Positions 41,685-56,295 of a stretch of DNA of 64,000 bases are shown here, in pieces. The DNA comes from Octopus vulgaris. Its lineage: Eukaryota. The position numbers and the translations under genes were made by a program. Every line of letters begins with the position of its first letter. Position 1 is the first letter of the stretch. The DNA is taken from assembly GCA_951406725.2 (NCBI GenBank), contig OX597825.1:59272001-59336000 (forward strand), in the 5' to 3' direction. The notes beneath the pieces were generated by a model that ran no database searches, was not told the origin of the DNA, and saw only the letters and a program-made list of their open reading frames with translations.

Positions 41685-42039
41685 AATGATGATGATGATT
41701 GTGATGTCGACGACGGCGACTCACGTCGATTTCGACGTATGAGTGTTCGAAGAAGTGGATTTAAAGAAAACAAAGTGAGAAAAAGAGGGAAAAAAAACCT
41801 AACTTCAAACAAAAGAATCTGCGTCTATTTGCAATGGATGTGTGAATATAATTTAAGTCCAAGTATCGATTTTTCTATGAAGTCACAATGGGGACACTGA
41901 TGATTTTAATTTTGATTGGGATTAGGCAAACGTTGATATAATTCTTTTATTGTTCTGTTTCTTCAATTCAAATTGTTTTGATGCATCATGACACATTTTA
42001 TGCCATGCAGATCGTTATAAGGAATGACTTTCCCCAAAT

Positions 42040-43720
42040 GTCAAATTAAGATGTAGAGTACTTTAGTGATTGCTTCAACTTATCCTTACACCTAAAGACG
42101 GATCTTCCTTTACCGCGGTATTCTTCTACTTGTTGACCATACAAAAGAATTTTTGGAATGTAGTCATCTTTTATTGGAACATGTCCTACAATTTGCAATG
42201 AATTCTCAGTAGCATGCTTCGGATAATGGAGATATCACATTTTTCTAAGATTTTGAAATTTGATATCTTGCCATTCTATGTTGCAGATATCGCTCAGACA
42301 GAACATGTGAAAAGTTTCCAGTTTCTTTATATGTCTATAGTAGAAGTCCGTACTTCTGCCCCATAGAAAAGTGTGCTCAAAATACAAGATTTGTATACAC
42401 TTATCTTGAGTGTACATAAACCTTCAGTATGTTTTGCTCCAGGCTTTGGTTAGAATAAGACTTCAATCTTCTTGATGAAGATAGTCAGTCCAAATGCACA
42501 AGCAGCCGTAGCAAACCTGTCGACCGTTTCCTGAATTCCCTCATATGTATAAGAAATCAAACTCAATTATCAGCAAGCAGAAAATCACGTAGAATTTCTT
42601 CCTTGGTCTTTTTCTTTGATCTCAAACTTCGCCCTTTCAGATTTAATAGACTTCTTTCTGTGCGAAACTAGAATTTCCCACCTTCATGGTAATCCCTAAA
42701 AGCATGCCAGAGCATCATTGAAAATAATATGGAATAAAGTACAGGAGCTAAAACACATCCCTGTTTGGTTCTAGTGGCAGCAGAAAATACTTCTGAACAT
42801 TGACTGTTAGATATTGCTGCTGCCATCATTCCTTTGTGCAGAGATGCTATTACCCATGTCATTTTACCAGTGAGACCAACTTTTGACAAAATTCTCCAGA
42901 GCACCTCACAGTTCACTGTATCAAAGGCTTTAGTCAAGTCGACAAAGACCATGTATAAGACAGTATTTTGCTCTCGTGATTTTTCTTGGACTTGTCGAAG
43001 GGCAAAAGTCATGTCAACCGTGCCTCTCCCAGCCCGAAATCTACATTGGGATTCAGGATATATGCTGTTTACTACATGCTTATTGATGTGATTAAGGAAC
43101 ACCCTCGCAAGAAATTTTCCAGCTATTCGCAACAAACATATTACCCTGTGATTATTACATACACACTTCTTCACCTTAAACTTTTGGGAACAGATCCAGT
43201 TTCCCAGTTCAAATAGATCAATTTGTGAAGCTTTTTTACAAGTTGTTTACCACCATGTTTGTACACTTCTTATTTCTTTACTGCCCACAAGGGGCTACAC
43301 ACAGAGGGGACAAACAAGGACAGACAAACAGAAGTACAAATGTTTGTACACTTCTTTGAGAATGTCGTCTTGTCCAGGAGCTTTACAATTGGAAAGTTTT
43401 TTGATAGCAGTACTTATCTCTTCTAAGGAAGGATCTTCTGCAACTTCCTCAAGGAATCTGAAGGATCTCATTGATAGCTTCAGGGTCGGTGGTGGATTCT
43501 TGATTTAAAGGGTTCAGTCCATCTTTTCAGAATTTCATCTTTGCTACTTAAGAGCTTTAACCCGTTGTTAGAAAGAATAGGTGTGGTACTACCTATTTTT
43601 TGACCAAATATACCTTTCAAATTCATAATAACCTGACCTGATGTCAGAACCGTATCTGGCAGACATCGTCTTTTTTTTTTTTTGAGCAGTAATTTCTGCA
43701 CAGATTCCATTTTACCTTTT
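42040..43720 (-). pseudogene. RTE-BovB-like LINE remnant (RT domain and flanks)
   Basis: NHRVICLLRIAGKFLARV...PESQCRFRAGRGTVDMTFALRQVQEKSREQN...FVDLTKAFDTV...KQGCVLAPVLY; downstream HIKKLETFHMFCL...PKILLYG; frameshifts. Confidence 0.92.
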
Positions 43721-43997
43721 AACTTAGTTCATTCATTTTAACAAAGTGTTGTTACTTTAACTTTGTCACAGAACAAGCATAAGTATGGTGTTCAAATATT
43801 TTTATAGGTTTGTGTACTAGAATTGCTATTCCTTATATGAAGAGAACTCGCTCAAAACCAGCAAAGAGTGTTGTAGAGTTACTTTGTAAAACAATTCCCA
43901 GAAGAAGCGGTATATTCCCCTGAGGGTGAAGTGACGAAGCAAACTGATCAAGAATTTCAGAATTTACCAACATCGTGGGCGACTGCTTTGTCATTCG

Positions 43998-44092
<95 letters not shown>

Positions 44093-45361
44093 AACTGTTG
44101 GTATTTATTGTAAAGTGATGTGTGCTAGAAATATGCTTTGAAGCCGAAACAGCATTAATTTCTTATATCCTTCCCGCCAACATTTGTTTTTGTTTTTTTT
44201 TATGGTGTAGTCCAGTGGAGTCAAACATACTGGCCGTGAGCAGGATGGGTAAGATCCGGCTTGCGACATTGTTTAACTCGGCTCTTGGTTCAATTATATA
44301 CATATATATATATATATAGTTATTGTTAAATTTCAAGATAATCTATAAAATATATCAAAATCATACGTTTAGTATCGGAATAAACTAGAACAGTGGTTAG
44401 CAATGATTCCGGTTAGTCAAATCAATTTAACTTACCGAATTTTTTTCATATCTCAACCAATGAAAAAGAAGCTTATGAATCCACAGGCTAAACGTTATGA
44501 CCTATATCTCCTTCACTTTGCCTATACACACTGAGCCAATTGTTTTAAAACTCACGGTTTCATTTGAATAGATTCTAATAACATGAACGATATTGAAAGG
44601 TTTTATAGCTGAAACGGCACTAGCATTGGTTTCCAAAGAACTATGCATTCGTCGAACAGTTTCTACTTCCGTTATCCCTGCAAGGACTGAAAATATATCA
44701 CATGAACCAGTTTTCCAGTACATCTCTGCGCACAAATTTTGCTATCATTTCTTATTCTTTCCTTTCTTTATTGTTAATTAAAAGTTTGTCACATCTATTG
44801 AGTTCTCCATCCAGTTACTTTGGACTATGTTATGGATTTTTTAAGAAATAAGTATCTCTGTCTGACCCGCTGGATCTAGTTTATGCTTCAATACGCTTCG
44901 CAGGTTTAGTCAAAAGAGGAGGAAGATAACATTTGTGACTCTATCAGAACCTTCCTGACTACCAGGAGGAAGGGATGACATTATTTTCGGGCTGGAAACA
45001 GTTCTACTGACAAACTCTCACACAGTGTATATCAACTAAATTTCACTCCCAATGCTGCAGTTGACCAGTGTAAATGATACCTGTCCAAGGTGTTGTGTAG
45101 AAGGATGAAACACTGAACGCGTTGTTGCGAATCCCAGGGTTTCACAAGAAATAGCCATTAATGAGATAATTATATGCAAAGAGATGTTTGAATTTTTTCC
45201 TGTATTTAATTATATATTTGTACATCTATTACCCGTCACTGCATATTCGAAATTATAGTATCTTTAGGTAAAAACTAGACCTTACAGGAGCAGGGAAAAC
45301 TCTTGTAGGGAATTGTAAGAAAAATTTGGTCTAGAAAGAGAAAATTCTTGTTTTTTTTTCC

Positions 45362-45960
45362 TTAAATCCTTAGCTGGTGACCGGAGGGGAAGGCTGTCCT
45401 CAACCAATATGCTGCTGTGGATGCCGCTGGATGACGGACTCTGGAGATGATATTCCACGCTTTCCGATCTATGATGCTGGCCTTAGCATGCTCGAGGTTG
45501 AGGCGCTGCGACTTCAGGCCTTCCTCAAATTGTTTTGCCCCTGGTGCACTGCGCTGCGCTGGATTCTCCAGTACGTAGGTCGTTGCCGCAACAAACGTTG
45601 GTGTGGTAGTCTTCTGGTGCACATCCTGCAGACGTCACCAAGTCACTGTAGTTTGCACTGCCGGACTTGGTCTTCAATGGTCGGCTAGTGCTGGCATTGT
45701 CCTTGTATGTTGTTTGAGATTTGGTCGCGTAGGTAAACATCAAGGATATGACGAAAACATCGCATTTGGAACACCTCGAGCTTGTTCAGGTCCTGGTTGA
45801 GAGTGGTCTAGGTCTCAGCACTGTTGAAAAGAACAGGCAGAACTATTGCGCGGAAAAAAAAAGACAACAGATCTTGGTCCTTAGGGAGATATTGGGCTTC
45901 GTTTAGACAAACCATCGAAGGGATGTAAACGCAGAAGTCGCAGACTGATCGACGGACGGA
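45362..45960 (-). pseudogene. Third RTE-type LINE C-terminal remnant
   Basis: ISLRTKI...AIVLPVLFNSAET*T...LNKLEVFQMRCFRHIL...KLQ*LGDVCRM...RLPHQRL. Confidence 0.8.
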
Positions 45961-46635
45961 AACACCACCACCACCATCATCTCAACCACCACCACTACCG
46001 CCACCGCCGCCACCGTCCCCACCCCGACCACCACCACCACCACCACCATCACCACCACCACCAAAAACAACAACAACAACCAGAGTCATTGAACAGAATG
46101 CTTCGCAGTATTTGTTCCTCTCATTACGTTTCTCTCATTTCGAGGTCAGCTTTGTCATCCTTTAGAGGTGAATAAAAATGAAGTCTCAGTCTAAGACAAT
46201 AGATTGGTGGAAGTGTAAGAACGTTGGACTGGATGCCTTGCGATGTTTGTTCTAGTTCTTGGTGTTCTGAGTTCAAACCATCCCATGACTTCTTTGGGTT
46301 GTAGACTTAACCCGTCACCAAACTTAACGCCACAACCTGGCACTGCGAATGCCCTTAGCAAAATCCACTCCGTTGCAGGCATTCTGGCCAGGATTCCGGT
46401 TTGAGGATATCTTCCCCCACGCCTTCTTCTAGTCTTAGAGGTTCTGCAATGGACAATGAAAACTGTTTTGTCTTCTGAATAAAAGGTGAAAAAAAGAACA
46501 AAAAACAAAAACAAAAACAAAACAAAGCAAAACAACGACCATGAAGACGTTAACAGATATGATAGTAAAAACAAGAGCCATAGTAATTACAATAACAACA
46601 GCAACGATTACATGAACAATAACAAAAACACTACA

Positions 46636-47545
46636 TCTATATATATAAAACTGTAGTTGTGTGAGTGTCTGTCCCCTTCGATTTAGATTCCTAACTACTC
46701 CCACATTTTGCGGTGCAGTTTAACCAAATTCGAGTATCTTATAGTTGTGATTCATATCGAGCCCGTCTGGGTATTAGCGCGCGTCTACGATGAGTCTACG
46801 ATTTAAAAAATAATTTAACATCATTTTTTATTCCATTTTAATGCATATTTTTTCGTGTGTCGATGGCGGCGGAGTTGGCGTCCACGCTCACACCTGCACC
46901 TGTGTTGCTTCTCCCCCTTCTTCCCTCCCTCGTGAAGCTGTGGGGAAGGGAGTGTAAGGAAATCAACGTCGTAAAGCGTTGTCAAGGAGACCAGCGTTCT
47001 TTTAGAACAACGATTTCATGGCTTGAAGTCGCCAAAACAGAAATCACTAAAAAAGCTGAAAATGATCCACAAAAACGGCAATTACCGCCACACAGGGCAG
47101 GTTTCCTGTGCAAACAATTTGCACAACCGAATGTTTTAGTTGTTGCACAAATCTTTATATATAAAAGTAAGGTTGTGTGTCTGTCTCCTACGATTTAGAT
47201 TCCTAACTACTCCCTCATTTTGCGGTGCAGTTTAACCCAAAACCGGGTATCTTATAGTCATGATTCATATCGTGCCCTTCTGGGTATTAGCGCGCGTCTA
47301 CGATGAGTCTACGATTTAAAAAACTTTTCCATCATTTTTTCCATTTTAATGCATTTTTCGCTATTATATAAGGGAAGTAACTCTCTAAAAATGTCTACGA
47401 TGAGTCAACGATTTAAAAAAAATTTACCATCATTTTTTTCCCATTTTTAATGCATTTTTTTGCTATTTTTTGGCTATAACTCTCTAAAAATGCTTATATA
47501 GTTATTTCCCTTACAAACCCGAGCAACGCCGGGCGATACTGCTAG
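46636..47545 (+). mobile_element. Non-autonomous Helitron, composite with two 5' ends
   Basis: A|TCTATATATATAAA start; 3' hairpin CCCGAGCAACGCCGGG followed by CTAG|T; second A|TCTTTATATATAAA start at 47152. Confidence 0.88.
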
Positions 47546-47866
47546 TATATTTATATATTAAGTTAGAATCTTAAACCTTAGAGAACTGGTGATAGTATTA
47601 GTAAGGAATATGCCATAGACAAATTTCTAGGATTTGATTAATTTTAATTTACTTAAAGAAGTGTGAAGTTTTAATATTTTGGGTTTCTTTTCCCTTTGTC
47701 AAGGAGAGAAAGCGAAAGAGAGAACGCGAGAGAGAATGAGAGAAAGAAAGAGAGAGAGGTAGTGAGAGAGAGAGAGTGAGAGAAATAGAGTGAGAGAGAG
47801 AAAGTGAGAGAGCGAGAGATAAAAATAAATAGAAAGACTGAGAGAGAGACGAGGGAGAGAGAGAAG

Positions 47867-47897
<31 letters not shown>

Positions 47898-48329
47898 GGA
47901 GGTTCAGATCCCGTCGATGTTGACTTTATATACTTTTGTCTTTCCATATTCAAAGCCTATGAATTAAAGTACCAGTCGTACACCTGAGTCTATTTAACCA
48001 ACTGTACCCACCTTGTGTCTGTGCTAGACATCAAATTAATGTTGGGAGAGGGGAGGGAAAGTGAGAGGAAGAAAGAGAAAGTGTGAGATGAGAGAGTAAG
48101 GGAGGAGGAGAGAGAAAGAATACGGGAAGGTTGTCGCTTGGACAGTAATGTAGAAAATGATATTAATTTATTCCTAGATTAGATTCTCTGCCATTAGAGC
48201 ATTTGAAGCTGAGAGCGTTCTGTGCAACATCCTCTGGGAGAAGAAACAGCGCCACAAATTCTAACTTGCTACCTATTTCTGGAAAATGCTGAGACATCTT
48301 GTCGCAAGCTAAGTGTTGCAGAAGTTAAG

Positions 48330-48365
<36 letters not shown>

Positions 48366-48596
48366 CATATGCGTATGTATGTGTGTATGTATGTATACGC
48401 ACATATACACTCATAGATAAGAACACACAGGTATATATTCATAGTAAATAAACAAACATGTACACTTTTACGGAAAAGTACACAGGCACATGGCACATCT
48501 TTATGCAGCCAAGGCCATATTTGTATATACACAACAAGCAAAAACATATACATACATAAATATACAAAACAAAAAAATATATATATACGCACATGT

Positions 48597-48691
<95 letters not shown>

Positions 48692-48964
48692 AGTATATAG
48701 ATATATGTATTTTATATATATATATATATACATTTGTAAACACGTTCATTTATACGTAAACTCAAACGCGCTTGTACTCTTGCAAATACATCTTACACAC
48801 ATATACATAGACGCACAAAACAGCAATATCAACAACAACAACAACAGTAACAACAGTAGCAACAATATTAATAACAACAACATCATCAAAGTCAACAAAC
48901 CTGGAAAAATAGGGAATTTTATAATTAGATTTGCTTGAGGTAAAGTTAATTGCTATTTTGTTTA

Positions 48965-50680
48965 TCATCGGGCGGCGGATTGGTAGGATTAGTAAAGTGA
49001 CTGCGGCTGACAAAATGTCTAATGGTATTTGGTTACAAACTATTACGTTCTAAGTTCAAATCTTAACTGAGATCAGTATTACTTTCATCATTCCGGCAGC
49101 CGATAAAATGAAGTACCTGTCAAATATTGTCGTCTGTATTATTGATTGTCTCCTTAGCCATTGTGGAGGCGCAATGGCCCAGTGGTTAGGGCAGCGGACT
49201 CGCGGTCATAGGGTCGCGGTTTCGATTCCCAGACCGGGCGTTGTGAGTGTTTATTGAGCGAAAACACCTAAACCTCCACGAGGCCCCGCAGGGATGGTGG
49301 TGATCCCTGCTGTACTCTTTCACCACAACTTTCTCTCACTCTTACTTCCTGTTTCTGTTGTACCTGTATTTCAAAGGGCCGGCCTTGTCACTCGCTGTGT
49401 CACGCTGAATATCCTCGAGAACTACGTTAAGGGTACACGTGCCTGTGGAGTGCTCAGCCACTTACACGTTAATTTCACGAGCAGGCTGTTCCATTGATTC
49501 GGATCAACCGGAACCCTCGTCGTCGTAACCGACGGAGTGCTTCCACTCTTCCACTCTCCTTAGCCATTATATTTGTCGGACTGGGCAGTACCTCGGCAGA
49601 ATCATTAGATAATCGGACGAAATAACTTATGGTATTTTATTATAAGCTTTCATTATTGAGCCGAAATCTTGCCGAACTCAGTTCTAAGTTATAAACTTAT
49701 ACGGTCGATAAAATAGAATATCAGTCAAATAGTGGGGTTGATTTAGTTGATTACGCTTTCTGTCCAAACCTGAGGTCTTGTGTCTACGCAGGAAATTATT
49801 ATGAGACTCGTTAGCACGGTATTCGTTCCGACACCTTACGATTAAAGTTCAAATCCCGTGGAAGTCAACTAGAACTTTTATATATTCAGGATCGATAAAA
49901 TCAAGTGCCATCAAGTGGTAGAATAGATAGAATTAATAACGCTTTCTACCCAAGCCCAAAGCTTTGTGTTCATTCAAGAAATTATTAGAATCGTTAGGAC
50001 AATATTTATTCCGACTCTTTACGTTCTGAGATTAAGTCTAGCCGAGGTCAGCTTTAACTGCAATCCTTTTGGGATAAAATAAAGTAAAAGTCAAGTATTA
50101 ATTGATTGTTTTGTGTTTATGTGAGAAATTATTATTAAAACCACTAAAGCCGGTGAGCTGGTAGAATCGTTAGCATGTCGACCAAAATGCTTAGCGGTAT
50201 TTCGTCTGCCGCTACGTTCTGAGTTCAAATTCCGCCGAGGTCGACTATGCCTTTCATCCTTTCAGGGTTGATTAAATAAGTACCAGTCACGCACTGGAGT
50301 CGATGTAATCAACTTAATCCCTTTGTCTGTCCTTGTTTGTCCTCTCTGTGTTTAGCCCCTTGTGGGCAGTAAAGAAATAAATATTTCTTCCGGCTGTTTA
50401 CGTTCATAGTTCAAATGCCCCCGAGGTCACTTTTACCTATCATCCATTCGGGGGTCGATAAAATAAGTACCAGTTGGGTATTGGAACTGATGTAATCGAT
50501 TTACCGCAACCCCTCACGAAGATGTTGTCCTTACGCTAAAATTAGAAGATAATGCTAAAATCGAATTTATTCCGATTTCTTACGTTCTGAGTTGAAATCA
50601 TGCCGAGGTCGTCTTTAACTATTATTTTTCCCAAGTCGATAAATACCAGTCTTCCCCGAAGGATGATATAATCGACTGTT
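48965..50680 (+). repeat. Head-to-tail cluster of about 7 family B-like units of mixed age
   Basis: Recurrent TACGTTCTGAGTTCAAAT...GAGGTC...GTCGATAAAATAAGTACCAGT motifs every ~150-200 bp; intact copy at 50148-50380. Confidence 0.75.
49163..49554 (+). mobile_element. Full-length tRNA SINE (head C) with 14-bp TSD
   Basis: TCTCCTTAGCCATT at 49149-49162 and 49555-49568; A and B boxes; (TTCCACTC)2 tail. Confidence 0.92.
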
Positions 50681-50734
50681 CTTGTCATTACATATTTCTG
50701 GCTTTCTCAGAAATGATTGGCAGAGTGTCGGATA

Positions 50735-52998
50735 ACTCTTTACTCTTTACTCTTTTATTTGTTTCAGTCAATCGAGCAACTCGACCCCGGGACTTATTCT
50801 TTGTAAGCCCAGTACTTATTCTATCGGTCTCTTTTCCCGAACCGCTAAGTGACGGGGACATAAGCACACCAGCATCGGTTGTCAAGCAATGCTATGGGAA
50901 CAAACGCACACACACAAACATACACGCACACACACACACATATATATACATATATACGACGGGCTTCTTTCAGTTTCCACCTACCAAATCCACTCACAAG
51001 GCTTTGGTCGGCCCGAGGCTATAGTAGAAGACAGTTGCCCAAGGTGCCACGCAGTGGGACTGAACCCGGAACCATGTGGTTGGTAAGCAAGCTACTTACC
51101 ACACAGCCACTAAGGCTGTACGGTAATTGATTCCCTTTCTCAGTTACGTTCTGCGTTTAAATCCTGCCAATACGAATGAATCTGAGACTACAGTCAACCT
51201 TATCTGTTTTATACGCCTCAAGTCGTGGCTTAGAAATTTACACCATAATTTCTTACATTTTCTTAGTTTTTGTATATTTTGATTCATCTCATAACATACT
51301 TATTCATTGAATTATGATTACTCTTTTTACTCTTTTACTTGTTTCAGTCATTTGACTGCGGCCATGCTGGAGCACCGCCTTTAGTCGAGCAAATCGAAAT
51401 GCTAGGGGGACAAACACAAACACACACACATATATATATACATATATACGACGGGCTTCTTTCAGTTTCCGTCTACCAAATCCACTCACAAGGCATTGGT
51501 CGGCCTGGGGCTATAGCAGAAGACACTTGCCCAAGATGCTACGCAGTGGGACTGAACCCGGAACCATGTGGTTGGTTAGCAAGCTACTTACCACACAGCC
51601 ACTCCTGCGCCCACGAGGGATTATTATATATTCTATTAATTTTATCTTTTTTTTTCCAATTCACTTTTTTCGCGCTATTGTAATTTATCCTATTACATTA
51701 CCTTATTTTATTTTATTCCATTATACTATTTTTAACCAATTTTTAATTATTTTTAAAATTCCTATTATATTCTTTGCATAATCACAATCTGTCACTCCCG
51801 TTTTTTATTATTATTATCCAATTTCTTTTTATTATTATCCTTTTTTATTATCATCCATTTGCTTTCACATACTTTTTTATTGTATACTTTTTATTGTACA
51901 CTTCTTTATTTATCTAATCATTGATATGATGGCCACTCTTATTTCATACTCGCCCCCTTATCAGACCATCTTAGACTTACTGTCTTCCTCTTTTATGGTC
52001 CTTCCGGCCTTAAAAGGCGCATTTAGAAGACTGAAAAATATATAAATAACTGGGTGATGTTATTCTTTGTTCTTAGCCCACAAATCTCTTGCTAATTAGA
52101 ATTAAAAGATAAAAGAAGCTGACTCTATCTTAGTTGTAGGGGCCTCATCCTTTAACCTCCTTCACTGCTATAAATCTTCGTTACCCCATTACGTACGAAT
52201 GACATCACGTTATTTTCTCCTATGATATTACTAAACTGAACTAGCAAATTCATTCCATGACCGGCAAGGGGCATAAAATTATAAAGTGGCACATGCCACT
52301 TTTGAATGCTTTTGAAAGTTTTGATTCATGTATTCACCTGATGAAAACGGATTTTTCTAATGATGTAATGTCTACATTAATCAATTAAAAATTCATTGGA
52401 AACAACTGTAGTGGATTGGCACGTTATCATTCTGTTGTTTGTATTCTTTTATTCTTTTATTCTATTACTTGTTTCAGTCATTTGAATGCTGCTATGTTGG
52501 AGCACCGCCTTAAAGGGTGTTAGTCGAAGAAATAGACCTCAGGACTTATTCTTTGTAAGCCTAGTACTTATTATATCGGTATCCTTCGTCGAACCGCTAA
52601 GTTACGGAGACATGAGCACACCAGCATCAGTTGTCCAGCGATGGCGGGGGACAAACACAGACATACACACAAATATATGCATATATATACGTACGAGGGG
52701 CTTCTTCCAGTTTCTGTCTACCAAATCTATTCACAAGGCTTTGATCGGCCCGAGGCCATAGTAGAAGGCACATGCTCGAGGTGCCACACAGTGGGACTGA
52801 ACCCGGAACCATGTGGTTGGGAAGCAAGATTCTTACCACATAGCCACACACACACACACGATGAGCTTCTTTCAGTTTCCGTCTACCAAGTCCATTCACA
52901 AGCAGAAAACACTTGCCCAAGTAACACGCAGTGAGAGTGAACCGGAACCATGTGCTTGGAAAAACAAGGTTCTTACCACACAGCCACACCTGCGCCTA
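50735..52998 (-). mobile_element. Four family A SINE copies (50735-51110, 51320-51610, 52445-52850, 52855-52998)
   Basis: Reverse-complement similarity to 6864-7272; the intervening DNA is not SINE. Confidence 0.85.
52332..52416 (+). ncRNA. Type-I hammerhead ribozyme fold with long imperfect stem II
   Basis: ATTCAC-CTGATGA-AAACGGATTTTT...AAAAATTCATTG-GAAAC-AACT-GTA-GTGGAT; core intact, base of stem II mismatched. Confidence 0.7.
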
Positions 52999-53470
52999 TA
53001 ATATGGAATGCCAGAACAGCATCTCGACCACAAATATCTTAACAGAACATTCACACACAGAATAAAAATTGGCAGCTAAAAGATGCACTATTGCACACTA
53101 TTTCTCTCACTCTCTGTCCACAATATCCTTACAAAATTACCCACCATTCTCAGAAGGCGGTACCGTCTACTTTGAGACACACCGATCTTTCTGATTGTTT
53201 TGGAATTTATCTCAATGATCGTCTGCCAGGTTACCGGTCCGCCTAAATCACTTATCAGTTTAGACTACTTACCTGTCTACTTATCTTATCTGTCTTTCAT
53301 AATTTGCGACATTCTAGAAGCGTACAAATGCGCCCAATTGTATTCATATTATCATAAACACCAACGCATATTAGCATTAATGCATGTTTTTCTATTATTC
53401 AACGGTTTGCTTTCTCTCTCCATCACTCTTCTCTCTTTCCTTTCCTCACCTCTGTCTCTACATGTCTCTT

Positions 53471-54500
<1,030 letters not shown>

Positions 54501-54972
54501 TATACATATATATGTAGGTATGTACACATATGTATGTATATATGCATATATTTATATATTGTTATTTATATATTATTTGTGTGTGTGTATTTGCGTGTGT
54601 ATATATGTGTGTATGTGTGTGCGCACTTGTGTGTATGTCTATCTGTATGTGTGTAAAGGAATGCATGTGCCTCAAATACAACTGTAACATATATATATAT
54701 TAGAAATCTGAGCACTCAATACCGGGTTTTAGAATTTCATTATGTAATTCAGTTAACTGTTAGAAGACAATTGCTATTGGCTACAGACTGTTCCATGTTA
54801 TTACGTAATATTTACATTCGCCCAGCCATTCTGCATCTTGGAGAAAGCAGAAGTTTTCTATAACATTCGCTTCTTCCTAATATATATATCTGTGTGGGTG
54901 TTGGTGTGGGTGTGTGTACAAATATAAATACTCACACACACATATACCTCTTCATTCAGTTATTCATATATA

Positions 54973-55072
54973 NNNNNNNNNNNNNNNNNNNNNNNNNNNN
55001 NNNNNNNNNNNNNNNNNNNNNNNNNNNNNNNNNNNNNNNNNNNNNNNNNNNNNNNNNNNNNNNNNNNNNNNN
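54973..55072. other. Assembly gap (100 N)
   Basis: N run. Confidence 1.
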
Positions 55073-55074
55073 AT

Positions 55075-55420
55075 CATTCTTCGATCTACAAGCATATACT
55101 AAGAGTGGACCCATAGCCTCTTGTTATTTTCTTCATTGACACTCATCTTTGGAGAGCTCCTTATCTTTGCTCTGACATTCCTTTCCAAGTGGAACCTGTA
55201 AAACTCGATGAGTTCTTGATCAAAGAGGGAGGTGTCTGTTTTCAGTTCTTTCAATATGGTCTGCCACACAACCTCTTTTGCCATAACCACTATCAGAATG
55301 AAAAAAACTGTCTGCCCTTCTCACTTGATAATAAGCTCTGTGCAATTACTTATGAGGCAGAACATAGTTCTGTTGATACGGTAGAATGGATTTCTCATGT
55401 AAGCTTTGATGGCAAGTGGG
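55075..55420 (-). pseudogene. Probable Tx1/L1-like LINE ORF2 C-terminal remnant
   Basis: FFILIVVMAKEVVWQTILKELKTDTSLFDQELIEFYRFHLERNVRAK resembles the AK..IW..R region after the zinc finger of Tx1/L1 ORF2. Confidence 0.5.
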
Positions 55421-55835
55421 GATTAGGGCTTAACACGGAAACGTAAGGGAGCAATGCGGCTTTACAGTTTTTCCACTACATAAAACGATAAGATGTACTT
55501 CTCTATGCTATTTTTGACTTCTCCAGCCATAAGAACGGGGTTCTGTGTGTTCGCTTGGCCTGCTAGAAATAGCAGCAAAACCCCTAAAAAAAAACATCCA
55601 AAGTCTTGAACAATGAAATTGATAATAAATAAAATGTCGAGATAGTCAGGGCTAGAATAAGTTCGATCACATGCCTGCTAAATTAGGGCTGATCTGACAC
55701 TAAACAGTAAGAACAGCATTAACGGGGATTACACTTTTTAGCCTCAAGGGAGAATGCTTTTCTTCAGGACAAACTGCAGTGAAAAAGCCTTTTACAAGTT
55801 CAAATATCTCTCAAACATATTCGAATGGTATGATG

Positions 55836-55925
<90 letters not shown>

Positions 55926-55953
55926 GTATGTATGTATGTATGGTTTTCTGTTA

Positions 55954-56295
55954 TAAGGCGTTGAGCTGGCAGAAACATTAGCACACCGGGCGAAATGCTT
56001 AGCGGTCTTTCATCTGACTTTACGTTCTGAGTTCAAATTCCACAGAGGTCGACTTTGCCTTTCATCCTTTCAGGGTCGATAAATTAAGTACCAGTCCTTG
56101 TTTGTCGCCTCTATGTTTAGCCCCTTGTGGGTAGTAAAGAAATAGGTATTTCATCTATCTTTATGTTCTGAGTTCAAATTCCTCCGAGGTCGTCTTTGCC
56201 TTTCATCCTTTCTGGGTCGATAATATTGGGGTCGATCTAATCGACTGGCCCCCTCCCCCAAAATTTCGGGCCTTGTGCCTAGAGTAGAAAAGAAC
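55954..56295 (+). mobile_element. Family B SINE nested in a family B SINE with the alternative tail
   Basis: Two B-box/Nin blocks; tails ...GTAAAGAAATA and ...CCTTGTGCCTAGAGTAGAAAAGAA. Same arrangement inverted at 62320-62720. Confidence 0.85.
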
